A program made the translations under genes and the position numbers. From assembly GCA_017499595.2 (NCBI GenBank), contig CM038998.1, positions 3,596,001 to 3,660,000 of the forward strand: a stretch of 64,000 nucleotides of DNA. Reading direction: 5' to 3'. How positions within the stretch are numbered: position 1 is the stretch's first letter; the number at the start of each line of letters is the position of its first letter. Source of the DNA: Psilocybe cubensis. Its lineage: Eukaryota. Under the pieces are notes generated by a model, which saw only the letters and a program-made list of their open reading frames with translations, had not been told where the DNA came from and ran no database searches. This document shows positions 11,945-24,931 of the stretch, in pieces.

Positions 11945-14439
11945 ATGGCCACGCCGTCCTCTCCCCCGCTGGACCCACCGCCTGCACATTCGTCCGCGCT
12001 CTCCTCGCCGTTCATGGCGAAATTGTCCATTGGGGAGAAGGACAAGGCGTCGAGGGGGACTGTGCCCCCGTCGTCCTCGTCGTCGTCCCTCCCCGTACAT
12101 GTAGATGACGTATTCGCATCGTCGCAGTCGTCCTTGCAGGCGGCGACGTCGACGTCTGCGGCGTCTACGCCTCCTCCTATTTCTCCTGTGCTTGGTGTCG
12201 CGCCCAACCCGAACCCCAACCCTACGACAACGACGGCACCTACAGTCACCGCCGGGGGAGAGATGGAGAGGATCCGGCAGTCGATTATAGCTGACAGGCT
12301 TGCGCACATCCAACAGGCGGAAAAGTACCGCCCAGAGTATCTTAAGCGGTCCAAGCGCACTCTCGCGGAAGCGGACCCTATGTATTTGTTGGAAGATGAC
12401 GGCGCGTCTGAGCGCGTCTTGCCTGTTGGCATTATGGAGTCACCGCATAAAGGACGCCGACTGAAGCTGTTCCAGGAAACTTCGGAGGAGAGCTTTGAGG
12501 AGAGTCTGATGGCGGGTGGATATGGCCGATATGTATGTTTGCTTGCACTTTTTTTTGACGTTGGCATTTTTCTCTTTGGGTGGTGGCATGAATTGAATGT
12601 TTTCATTACTCTCTCTCTCTTTCTTCCTACTTCGTGGCTTGCTGACATGGTTCGTTCAATTCATAGCGGACTGCCGATTGGGTGCGCCAGCCACAGCCTA
12701 TATCCCTCCCTCCCTCCGCCGTTGCGGGATCGTCAACGTCGATCGTGGCGATTCTCGAAGAGGCACAGGAGGCTCCTCCATCTGAGAAAGAGCTGAAGAA
12801 GCGTAAACGTCTGGCTGCTTTCCGCGCCGAGCCTACCCAGGGTAACTCCAAACTATGCGCCGTCGAGCTCGAAGGCAAAGGGCGCGTGATCATCGACGGG
12901 TCGGCTGAAGAGCACGTCACGCCTGGCAGCCCTGAGCCAGTGGTGCATGCCACCGGCGGGAAGAAGAAGACGCCGAGTCGTAGGAAGAAGAAGGCGGCCG
13001 AGTTGGCGGCGGCGAATAAGAAACTTGATGCGGGCGACGCGGCTGCGTCTGCTGGGGACGTGCTGAGCCAGGTGGATAAGCCCAACTGGCCGGATAGTGA
13101 GTTCCCGTGGAGGTTGAGGACGGAGGAGAGGCTGGAGATGGCCAAGGCGGAGGAGGAGGAGCGGTTGCATTGGATTGAGCGGTTTTTGGATGGTGATTCG
13201 GATGAGGAGGACGAGCAGGAGGGTGCGCTTGGAGTGGACGGGGACCATGATGGTGTAGCGCGTCCTGGGCGCGGGAAGATGGTCCCGCTGACCGCGTACC
13301 CGCACCCGACGCGTAAAGATGAGATGATTGCGCGCTACCCGACCGACCCCGCCGACGCGCGTGCCGCGCTCTTGGCGAAGCGGAGTGTGCGTGCGCTCGT
13401 GTATAGGCAGCAGCGGAAGCAGCGTGAGATGGATGATGAGGATGATGATGAGGTGGTGTGTATTTGCAATGGGCGCGACGACGGGCGCGAGCTGGTGCAG
13501 TGCGACGCGTGCCAGATGTGGTACCACCTCGAGTGCATCGGTATCCGTAGCATCGCGGAGCTGGGCAAGGAGGAGGACCCGTGGTTCTGCAGAAGGTGTG
13601 TGTCGCGCAGCCGCTCGCCGTCGACGGAGCCTGAAGTTGCGACGGGCGAGCCGACGTTTGTGCCGACTGACGAGGAGCACACGTTTCGTCGTTCCTCGGA
13701 CACGCCGTTTTTTCAGCCTGGGCCGCATGATTCGCCGAGTTGGGCTGCGATGAAGACGCCGAGGACGCCGCCGAGGCAGTATGGACGCGATGGCGGTGGG
13801 TTGTCGGATGGGCATTCGTCGTGGTTGGAGTCGTCGAGGCCTGGTCCGTCGACGCCGCAGCACTCTGCGGCGTCGGTGAGGATTTATAGCAGTCCGTATG
13901 GCGGGTATATGAATTCAGACGACTCGCCGTTCGACCCGACGTCGACTCCTTCGAGAGGTATCAAGTTCAATGCGCCATTTACGACACCGAAGAGCGCGTG
14001 GCCTGCGCGCGCCATTTTCCAGAGTCCGACGCGTGGATCGCAGAGAGGCTCGGGCAACGGGTTTGGTCAGGGTTACAACAATGGCAATAGCAGCAGCAGT
14101 CGGACCCCGCTTTCGGATGGCACTTCGCATTCGAACTACCCCTCGTCTGGCAGTGGTGCGCACGGTCAAGATTATTACGCGCGACAGAGCTATGACGAGT
14201 CGCCTGTGAGAAGGGGGCATGTGTATTCTTCCTCTGCTTCGTCGGTACCGACTTTCCAGCGGCGGACGCTGCATTCGCCTCCGCCTTCTTCGAGCGGCCC
14301 TGGGCATGGCAGGTCAAGGAGCCAGTACGCGGCAGGCCCGAGCCCTGGGATTGGTTCGTACCTTGAAGAATCACCTGTTATGCGTTCGCTGGGATCGAGG
14401 TTGAACCGGGAACCTCAGGCGTATGCGCATGATACCTAG
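11945..14439 (+). CDS. PHD-finger chromatin protein, 2 coding exons (intron 12533-12666)
   Basis: C4HC3 PHD: CICNGRDDGRELVQCDACQMWYHLECIGI...WFCRRC; splice joins GGYGRY|RTADWVRQP in frame; long low-complexity regions. Confidence 0.88.
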
Positions 14440-15031
14440 AACTTCACACATAGACCAACGCTTTTCGACTTGCTTGGGGTTCGTCTTTGTTTTTCTTGCT
14501 TCGCTGTTCTTGTCGCTTTGCGATTTTTCACTGGAAAAACAAACTCGTGTATCTTTTTTTGTGTGCTCCGTTGTTTTTCCAGTATACTGTACGTGGTGTA
14601 TTTGTGAATCCCCCGTCCCATCCTCACCTCCCGGCTCCCACATGCACTTACGATTCCGCATGAAAGCGACGTCTTCTTTCTTGTTTGTGCTGGCTTTTCC
14701 TTTTGTCCTCGTATTTTTTTTTTTTGATGATATGATATGCTCCATGAATGGCCTCGTTTCTGCTGTCTTATAAAGGTTCAAGTACTTTATGTAGCCGTTT
14801 TCTTTTTGTTTTATTAGTTATGAGACCTTTGTGCTATAGTATGTCAAATTTGATGTTCATTTTTGCTGGGGATGTCGGTAGTCGGGCTGAAGTGGTTTAG
14901 AATTTTTTTTTTGGTTTGGTTCTACAGTTTTCGCAAAGAATTGCATCGCATTGCGTGTTGCCGCACCAAGTCACGATGTGGCGCTGGACGATGGAGGGCG
15001 CGCCACACCATACATATTTTTTTTGTTGGTA

Positions 15032-15214
15032 ACGCGTCTTTTGTCCCGAACCACAACTAGCTTTCCTCCTTGTCGTTTTCTTACGCGTTTTGAGCGACAA
15101 GAAACGCGTATTTCGTGACTTTTTGTTTGTGAAAGAAATAAAGGTGAGGCCTAGACGCGAAGTCCACGACAACCCTCCCACGATTCAAAAAATTTTCATG
15201 TTTCTAAACCGCGT
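15032..15214. promoter_or_regulatory. Cluster of MCB-like (ACGCGT) boxes upstream of the gene at 15254
   Basis: ACGCGT at 15032, 15083 and 15104; ACGCGAA at 15155; CGCGT at 15210, all in AT-rich context. Confidence 0.5.
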
Positions 15215-15253
15215 TGATAGTAGGTGATCAAGGGCTATTCTTTTTCTTGTGCG

Positions 15254-17397
15254 ATGTTGTCGCCGCCAAAGGAATCAGAGCGTCTACGGATTGCCGTGGT
15301 AGGTCTGCGCTTTGCTTTGAAAAGAGAAACACGATTGATTCACCCCCTATTCTCTAGGCACTAGCGGTTTTGAGATGCAAACCCGTTAATATGACTTGTT
15401 TCGGTGAGGCGATGGCTGATCTCAGAATTTCTGCTATGAACGCGCATGAACTGCTTTTGGACTGCATTTAGCTTATATTCAAAGTTTGAGGGAGTCGTTC
15501 CCCCGGAGCCAGTCCCAAAGCTTGAACGGAAATGGGGATGATGGTGGATCTGAGACTAACTGGAAAGAACACGCGTCTAAACTGGAGAAGGAATGCGAAA
15601 GGTTGAAACAGGAGCTGGAGGCTATGGAAATTCGTATGTTTTCTTTCCTATGACTTTTTTTTTTGCTGTGGATTTTATTGGTGTGTCTGTTTGCTTGATA
15701 TTTTTTTTGCCCTTTAGAAATGTTCCTGGCCAAAAATCAGGCTAAAGAAGCGCGAGAAGCTACCCCGCAGACTATGGAGACTCCGAGCACTGCACCTGAA
15801 AACCAGAAGAAGGGAAAGCAAAAACAGGTAGCAGCTTCAGCACCAGAGGAAAATATTCGTCGGTCGCAAGTTTCTTCCGATTTAAAGAGTGTGCTCAAAA
15901 GTATCGAGAACGGTAAGCCCGTACAATCTTCTGGCCATATCTTTCCTCTAGTTTATTGTGTCCAATCATGGAGGTGGAGAAGCTAGTAAGATTTTTTCTA
16001 GTAAAACGCGACTTTTGGAGCTTCTCGATACACTCTTTGCCTTGTTGGCACACCATGGTGGGCCCGAGTTTCCACAGAACGCGTTCCTATCCGCTACTCG
16101 TCGCGCTATTGATGCCATCTCTGTTTCTTTGGACTGCACTGTCAAGGACAATATGAGTCTTGATCGTATTCAGATGCTGGATAGCTTATTAGGCGTCGTC
16201 ATCGAGAAGTCGCTTCCAATAATAATGTTCACCTCGGACGCGTCTCGCAAGACTGCAGCTTCTGATGCAGGCGATGACATCACTCCCCTGGCCGCATTTC
16301 TGAGCCAACTCTCGACTACGGTTCTGATGCCTATACTTCGCTCATTTTATATGCTATCCGAACGACTTCTGGCGACGGTGCTACTGGAGAAGGGGCACAA
16401 CGGACGTCGCTCGAAATCCAGCGCCGACAAAGAATTAACTGGCAATGGCGCTAAAAATGCGGATGGAAGGCCGGCGCTACTGGCATTCTTTCATGGTGCA
16501 CTTAATACGACGTGCACCACTGTGTCCTCATTAGCGCAGGCCCATGCTGGAACTAAGCTCTCGGCGAAGGCAAGTGCAAAAACTAGAGAAAAAGCTAGGA
16601 CACAGAAAGCTCTTGCCAGAAATAGCCTGGTGGAATTGTCCCTCCTGCACCACGATTTATTGTTTGAAGCAATTCGATTTTTGGACCGAATGTTTGTCGA
16701 AAATGCAGCGAATGCGACGACAAAATCAGGAACTAAAGATTTTGGCAGTAATCCTTCGAAACGCAGTCGGGTTCTGCGACTTGTAATCAAAGATACAATT
16801 TGGTATCTCTGTAGCGTCATGCATGCTGTCATCAACGCTGAGGCCGGCGTCTCACGACTCCTCGACTCGGACAACTTTGCTCCTCAGTGTTCTGTGAATT
16901 CTCACAATTCTCAATTAGCAGATTTGCCCACGGCTCGGCTTCGCATACGGAAAAAAACAACCTTGGAGAGCTTTTTGGGGCTCGTTGCTCTGCAGGATCT
17001 TTGCCATGAATCTCGGACTGGAGGATGGCATGCCATGACTTCAGATATGCATTCGGGGGAAGCACCTACCGGTGGATGTGGAGGTGGTGAATGTATTGAT
17101 AACGAGTTGCACGGTGCCCCACTGCGTATGCTAGATAAGGATCGGATTCAGGGTGGGGGTGCTAGGGACGGTACTGGCAACATGCATGACTCTGGATCTG
17201 GGCCATCGTCATCATATCTGGAAAATAATCGGGGAGCTGGACAGAAAGATGAGGATGCTGCTGCCTGCTCTAGCTCTGGCTCGGGGTCCGGGATTGGTTC
17301 AATCCCTGTCCCCGCTGCTCGAACGCCTGTCTTGCTCGATGACGTGGAACGCAGGATGATTCTACGCGTCGTGGAAAGTTTTTTTAATATCATATAA
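15254..17397 (+). CDS. Hypothetical protein with N-terminal coiled coil, multi-exon
   Basis: Exons splice in frame to MLSPPKESERLRIAV|ALAVLRCKPVNMTCF|AYIQSLRESF...WKEHASKLEKECERLKQELEAMEI|QMFLAK..., followed by the 479-aa ORF 15958-17397. The junction near 15913-16001 is not resolved. Confidence 0.7.
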
Positions 17398-20300
17398 CAT
17401 AATTGTAGGTTGACATATTTCCGAGTCTTTTTCTTTTCTTTCTTTTTTTTTGCTTTTCCGAGATTGCATTCATTCGTTGATGCTGCCATCCTGAGGTTTG
17501 AGGGCTCTTGCTTCGGGGTTCGTTCGTTCGTAAGTCACGTCAGGCCGTGTCAAACTTCAAAAAACATTATGGTATGGATTCCTTTGCTGATCATGAGTAT
17601 GTTGTAAAGCATATGACTGATTTTGGCTTCAAGCATTAATGTCGTCCGCTATATTTGGCCTGGAAGAATTGGGGCTGACGTCGCGGGGTACAGATGCGTC
17701 TCTTGGCACTGTCACTTTAGACGTTATTGGTTTACACCTTGCGAGCACAATTGAGAAAAACGATTAAGAGAGATTAAGAGACATCAAAGCTTGATGGCCC
17801 TGCGATCATTTCGAAAAATACAAAAACGTGGGATTGTGAGCTAAAAGGCTTAAAGAGGACTTAGAATTTTTGGAATTAGACTTGCTCGGGCAAAGCGCTA
17901 GCGCAAGCGAGTTCGGGATGCCTGAATTTGTTATGTATGCACGCAATTTTGACTTTTTGGTCAAGAGGCTGTGAGGTTTTCAGCCTCGAGGCACTTGTAC
18001 TAGAAAATCGAGGGTGCTTTTTGGTTTGTGAGCCAGCTTCTTCAGACTACTCGTTAGGATGAAGCATTAATGGATCGTTGACATTTTCTGAGGGATAGAC
18101 GCGTATGTGCATATGGGCGACGACCCTGAACAAGTTTCCATGTCCGTCCAGCATTCTTTTTCTCGTTTGTCAGTTTATTGGTCCATAATTGAGTGACTTT
18201 TTTTTTTGCTCAAAATTTTGATACTTTCTGAGTGGAAATTAATACGAGTTGATGCTTATTGATTTTTGGAGACGAGGGAACGATGGTTGGTGGGGCTGGA
18301 GATGGTACATCGAACGAGGAGAATGAATATAAGCTATGACTTTAGTGTGATTAATTTGGAGTGCCTATATGCGCTAGCTAGGAAACCTGAGCTCGTTATC
18401 TTGGGCGAAAAGTAAGTTTGGAGCGTATTGCGTAGTCGTATGTAATATCGCATTCAATAAAGTTGTACTGACAAGAAGAAGAAATGAAATGTTAACTTCG
18501 ATAAGGTTTGCTGGTGAGTGAATTCAATGTAAATTTGGAGCTCCGTGCTCCCAGGGAGCGGGAGGGTTAATTTTGAAATGGATAAGATGGATAGTGTACT
18601 ATCATTTCGCGTTGTTCAGATTGTTCATACCCTGTCAAGACGACGCGACTCTGGATACCCAAGTTAGTTTAGCGCCGTTGCGGGGTTTACAGAACCAATC
18701 GGGGGTATGGGGAGATTGTGCTCTTGGTGCTGTTGCTTAACGTTAACGTCTAAATAACGTTGCCGTTTGTCGTCTGATGGTCATGTCGTCGAGTTTTCGA
18801 CTCGGACGTGAGAAAAACGGGGAACTTGTATTTTTCATGGAGTTTTCGAACAGAATCAGATGTATCAGAAGTACCATTTTACAAGGAAGGAGGACTCCAT
18901 GTCACTCCACGTCGGCGTGGGTCAATAATATGGATAGTGAAATTGACGTCGAGTGTACCCAACAGCTTGGATCGTTGGTCGTATCGATCGTCCTCCTGTG
19001 TGCGTACGTATGGAGAATGCAAGTCGAACTGAAGAGAAGTACACGCGCGGCACACAGAAAACAAAATATGAAAGGATTGACATCGCGACCACGTGAAAAG
19101 AAAGCGGACGTGGGGGTTGCACTCGCGCCTGATAATAGTGGTGGGCAACGGGATACGGTACGAGCGCGGCGCGACGCGCGACGAACGTTCGACACTTACC
19201 AGACTTTGCGGAGTTATGAGCTGCTACAAGGGTTTGTTGAGAACGGGTAAGCGCATTGTAGCGCATGGTCGTGCTATGTCATCCTAGCCCTGGCGAATTT
19301 GCAATGGCCGATATATGAAATTGTTGACCTTGGAGGGGATGAAGGAGTTGGGCAATGGGCATTCGCACAGGAACCACCTCATATAATATATGTTATCTGA
19401 TTAGGTGGGCCATCGATAGAAAAGATCGAAGAGAACGCAGAACGGAGGGTGAATTGTTGACCACACGACTTCAATAAACAGAAAATCATTATATGATAAA
19501 TCATTTGGGAAGCCAGGTGGTCGTAGATGGATTTCGAAATGGGAATTGAAATTCATATTCAAGATCTGTGGCTAATTAATGAACAAAGAACTTTGAGAGC
19601 AGCTTGCTGACGAGAGTGCTGATGACGCCTCTTCCTCTAACGCGAAGCGCGTTGTTGAATGCGAACTGTATATCAGCGAATGAGGCGTCCGCGACGCGAC
19701 GCGCGCCTCCGAGGGTCGTCGCATTTCAGGCTCTGGTGCGGCGTACCCTCATGCACATCCCCGGTCCCTCCACATGCCCTCTTCCCGCTCCTCTAACCAA
19801 GTTTCCAAGATCTCAGCCCCAAAACCCACCTCCGGGGCTTGGTTTACAACAGCCTACCTCACAGCTTGCTATAGCCGGTACAGTGCCGCAGTGCGGCACT
19901 GCATCGGTCTGCAGGTTTCCTCCTTCCGCCTTCCGCGTTAAAAACCGCACTCGCCGCCATGCCGCGACGGGAAAAACCGTACGGCTTGAGTACGGCAAAG
20001 GTGCCCAAGAAAGGACGATCGAAGAAATGGTCGGGGGAGGGCGGCGGTGGCGGCTGGCAACCAGCAGTGCAAGTGATCGATCGGAACGCGGGGCGGGATG
20101 TGTGTTCCAAAACGGTATAATTTCCCTTTATTGGCTTTATTTTTGGGGGAGAGGGATGTGGCGAGGAGGGAATGGACCGGATTTGGGATGGAAAAGGACT
20201 GAAATGGGGAAGTAAGGATGGAATAGGAAAGAAAGGGAAACAAGGGTCGCTTTGGATGTGCCGCCGGTGCGCCCGGTGATTCACCAAGACGCGCGAGCCT

Positions 20301-21478
20301 TGATTTAGACGCTAGCGCGCTATAATACTACTTGTAAGATCCACAAGTGCGAACGCCATGAGAACATTTCGCTCGCATGTTCCTCTCTAACGTTAGCGCT
20401 GCCTGACGGGTCGAATGGAGACACGATGCGCTGTCAACATACTTTAGACGCGGGGATTAAGACGGTGTGTCAAGCGCGAAGGAACATCAATATCAATTCA
20501 TTTACCTGCGCCCGGGGTAAAAAAGAATAGCGCAAGTATAGTAATGCGCTAGCTCAAGGGCCCAGACGACCATCGATAGTCGAATGTTGAATAAGTTGAT
20601 CAACATCAATTGTGTGTACGTTAATAGCGGGACCTCGGGACGGAGTGCGTGCAGCGTGTACACGGCGAACTGACGCTTTTGGTTCGTGCGCAGGGAGGCC
20701 CCCCTATCCCTGAGGCGGCGTGTATGTAAAGATCGACTTTATGGGCATCCACAGGGAAAATGAGATGACAGAATATGACGCTGGTGGCTGCACTGTGGGT
20801 TCAACCCACTGCACTGGGTGGGGTATATGCGCGCGCTGGCGAGGAGTGTCAATTTACAAAAAACCACTTTCTCAGAAAGTGTTCGATTTTTCTCGAATGC
20901 GGTCGTCACAGTTCGCTGTCAATGTACATGTTCTAATTTTTATCGTTGAATTCATAAACCTTGCTTGCATAGATAATCGCATCGCATCCCTATCATATCG
21001 TACTTATCGCATCATGATATGATCATATCTGCTGTTCTATTCCGAGGTAGGTGCACGCCATGTATCCATATACATGTCTCCGGTCCCCACACCCTCGTCG
21101 AACGGGTGGCCAGTGGCAGCCTCTCCGCCCGTGTGCGCTTCTTTGGGTATGGGGTAAAATAGGAGCCGCACGGCCCAGCCCATGGCCAGGAATAGACGAT
21201 GAGAGCCAACGCACCCCCGGCGCGCGTCGTGCGTAGGTAGGGGTTTAATATTGTCCTGGGGCCAGCACAGCACGGCTGGTGTGTGTATGCAAACGGGGAA
21301 CCCTGATGTGTCCACAGGTGTCCACTTGCAGCGTGCCTTCTGCCCCAGCTCGAATGGGAAGGAGGGACCGGGGAATTAGGTTGGGTTGGATGGGAACCCT
21401 TGGTCATGCCATGGTTTATGGTATATGGTTTTGTCGAGTGAATGCATGCGACGCATCGTGCGTTGAATTGTATCTTAG

Positions 21479-21936
21479 ATTGGGCTGGGATTATGGGTTG
21501 ATTCTGTGTGTTTAATTTTTTTTATCACAGCGCACTGGCTAATGGTTTATGGAACTATGGTATGATACTGCATTCTATGGATTATGGGGGGAAATTAAAG
21601 TAATGGAGAACGTGATTGGGCAGACAGGCACCCATACCCATGCCCGAGGCTGAGCCCGGAGAGGGGAGAGGAAAAGAGGAGGTAGTATGTAGGTAGCATA
21701 TGGACGCGCGCGCTCACCCGCATCAGCGCGCAGCGCGATTGGGGGGCAAGGACAACGAATACCCGCGATGGGGATTGGCTGGCGTCCAGCGCAGAGGCGC
21801 CGCGGGATTGGCTAGGACGAGGACAGTTGGCAGATGGACGTTGGTTAGTTTAATTGTAAATTTCGATTCCGAGCCTTGATTGTTAAAGCGGGTGCGTGAC
21901 GTTGTGTAGTCAGCAGGAATGGGGGCCCAGGATTGG
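21479..21936 (-). promoter_or_regulatory. Cluster of CCAATC boxes (NF-Y/HAP-type) with no assigned gene
   Basis: ATTGG (each preceded by G) at 21479, 21615, 21738, 21774, 21807 and 21932; two read AGCCAATC on the minus strand. Confidence 0.4.
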
Positions 21937-23772
21937 ATGAAGCCTGCGGGCGGGTAAAGGATGTTCTCGACGTCGGAGTGGGTTAATTCAACTTAATTGA
22001 GGTCATTATGATATGTTTTTTTTCTTTCTTTTTGGGTTTCGTCCCCTCGTCTTGATGTTTGTTTCTTTGGAGCTAATGTTTTTCTCAGGCAGGTAAGTAT
22101 GTTGTGTTTTCAAAAAAGTTCACTTGCTTCGATTTTTAATTTACGTATATGGGTTAGTGCAGCTTCAAGTGCCAACGGTGGTGGTATGTTCTTTTCCACC
22201 CTGCTTCGACATTTTGGCAGAAAGAAAAACAACACACATGAAGGGCACCCTGCTTTCTTTTTTTCTTCTTTTTTACATGTAAACTTTTTATTCCACATTC
22301 CACCTTCACGGTCGTCATTCCACCTGCCAGTCGATCACCAACATGGACCTTTTTTTCATAATTTCAACCTAAAAAAACGGAAGTGATCGAACGCAACAAA
22401 CGCGACCTTGATGATTGACCCGGAGGGAGAGTGAGGGCGAGTTACTATTACAGGATTTACTATTACTAAATACGTTAGGCGGAGTGATACCCGCGTGCGC
22501 CGCGCGGCTCGGGTGGGGGAGTTGGCCAATGGAAATGCTGGGTAGGATACTTACGATGTGTGGTATGACAGTTGTGTTTTGTCTGTGGGTGTGCATTAAG
22601 GGTGTACGCGTAATGGGCTTGAGCTAGGAGATGGTTTATACCTGTGTGTTGAGATTATTACGGGTTGTGGATGCATGGGAGCGGTGGGAGTTGTTTGTGA
22701 AGTCGGTATACCGCTGGGCGGGAATTGGCTCGTGCAACGTGACGCGGTGGTATACTTTTACCCAGCGCAGCCTGGTGAATAAGCATAGGGAGTGTGGATT
22801 GAGAAATGGAATGGAACTCGTGAAATACAGAGGGATTACGCATGCAATGCGCATATGGTGCGGGTGTGTGCGGACAGGAGGAGAGGGCGAAATGGATTGT
22901 CCGTACACCGTACGTGTGCGCATACGGCTGGATCAAAGGCGGTTGTGTTGATAAACCGTCGAATGCAACTCGCGATAATATGAGAGCCAGGTGGAATGAT
23001 GGATTAAATGAGGCTACGTGTACTTGAGGGAGCGACGCGCGTCTGTGCATAACGCCGGTGGGCGATCATTGATATGCACACTTTACGCCAACGGCGTTTG
23101 TAGTATTCTCGGGCACGCTGTGAAAAGAGAGGAGCCTTGTGGATATCGGAATTGCGTTGATTAGGTAGCAGTGGCTACAGTTGAAATTGAGTAGACTACA
23201 GTAACGTAGTGATATGCATGTACCTCGTTCACAAGTAACTAGTAGTTATCCATATGATTAGATGGGGACCAAGTGGACTTGTGGCCGTGGCATTCGTGCA
23301 TTGAAATTGCCCCTTGCCTCCGTGCATATGACAGAGATAAGACGGACGTGCGAGCTACTTTATTCGAGTTTGACCTTTAGGATATATGTACTCCAAGGCA
23401 CGAGAGAGGAGGGGATATGTTTTGATGGGCATCGGGGATGGCTATGGATGTACTAGTTGGTTGGCAGGGATTGCCGTCGGTGGGTGTGGTGGAGATGGCG
23501 AGATGGCGGCTGGGCGACGACCCTGAAGCGAGGGGCCGGCAGAGTCGCTATGTCAGCCACAGAGGCGCGCAGACGCACGGGATTTTTGCCCGGATTTGCA
23601 CGCAAAGCAGAAAAGAAAATTGGTCCGCGGCGTAAAAATATCGGAGTTGTGACAGAGTGACTAGTGACTGGGGGATGCCGTTGATTCTTCCGATGAAACA
23701 TCGATCTGGGATGGATCTGAGATGAGCCAGGAAAGGAAATGAGTGGATATGGTACTTAACCACGGCCCATCC

Positions 23773-24931
23773 ATGGCGATTCCCAGTTCAACGATGCGTC
23801 CCTCAGACCTCCCTGCTCTCGAACAGTCCACCGACTCGGCCTCTTCCTCCTCCTCCAGTCTCCTCGATGTCCCCATACACTCTCCCGTAGACCGCCCCAA
23901 CCAGCACCTTGCTGTCCTCCTCCAGAAACATCTCTGGAAGGTCAGTATATCTCCATGTCTTCCCTATACGCCCATGCTCATTCTCTTTCTACAGCCCGAC
24001 TCTTCTACCAACACCTGCGACAATTTCTACTGTCGCGTCCCCTTTTCGCTCTTTGAGCGCAAACATGTCCGTTTATTTCTCTGCTCTGCTCTCCTCGTCC
24101 TCATCGCCTTTGTAGCATTGTCGCAAGTGCGGTGGCATCTTTTGTGGCGCGTGCACTTCCCGCACAACCCCACTTCTCGACACCTCCAATCTCTCTTTCC
24201 TCCAGCCACCCCGCAATGTCCCACTTACAGCCTTCGAGTCTCCCATTTCCCCCATTCTTGACTCTCGTGTCTGCGACGACTGCTGGGACCAGATCCATGG
24301 CTGCCCCACTACCCCACATACTCCAGAGGTCACCCGCCCATCTTTCAAGCGCGCCCTCTCCAATCCCATGTCCATTCTCTCCTTCCCCAGATCACCTGCT
24401 TCTCCGGCTTCCACCTCATCTGCCGCAGAGCGTTCTTCTTCTGTCTCTCCTCCGGATGGCTTTGTCGCCCCATCTTTCAAGAGGAAAACAGCCATGTCTC
24501 TCCAGCAAACACCCAGCACCTCCAGCTTGAACAGTTCCTCGTCTTCCAATAACAGCCAGGGAGATGCACCTGTCCGTTCTTCTTTATCAAGACGCGTCTC
24601 TTGTCGCGCTTCCCAACGACCTCTTCCTCAGGACTTGGAGCGCTCATATGGCGAGCTCGACGCGTACCCGCTCAGACGCTCTAGCGTCCTTTGCAAGGCT
24701 TCCGGTGGTGGTCGCTGGGAGCCAAAGCAGAGTCCTGTTCTTGCCGGCTACCGGATACCTATTCCTGGTGGCAAGGCCCCCTTTGAAACCATGATGGAGC
24801 AGGAGGAACAGCTTGAACGCCTCAGGAAGCAGAATCCAATCGTCAAGGATGGCGCCTTCCAGTATCGCTTCCCCAAGGAACCAGAGCCAGTTGTGCTCTC
24901 AAGAAGTCCCTTTAACCTCTCCACATTCTAA
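23773..24931 (+). CDS. FYVE zinc-finger protein, 3 exons
   Basis: LWK|PDSSTNTCDNFYCRVPFSLFERKH|HCRKCGGIFCGAC...RVCDDC carries the WxxD, RKHHCR and RVC FYVE signature; start codon inferred. Confidence 0.88.

Noticed and set aside
11479-13863. Minus-strand ORFs of 389 aa and 336 aa
   Set aside because: Antisense shadows of the GC-rich PHD gene.
19815-19839. AGCCCC...GGGGCT as the RNase MRP P4 helix
   Set aside because: The strands are 13 nt apart, whereas P4 strands lie at opposite ends of the RNA.
20790-20815. GTGGGTTCAACCCAC hairpin resembling a T-arm
   Set aside because: Loop is 5 nt rather than 7, and the other tRNA arms are absent.
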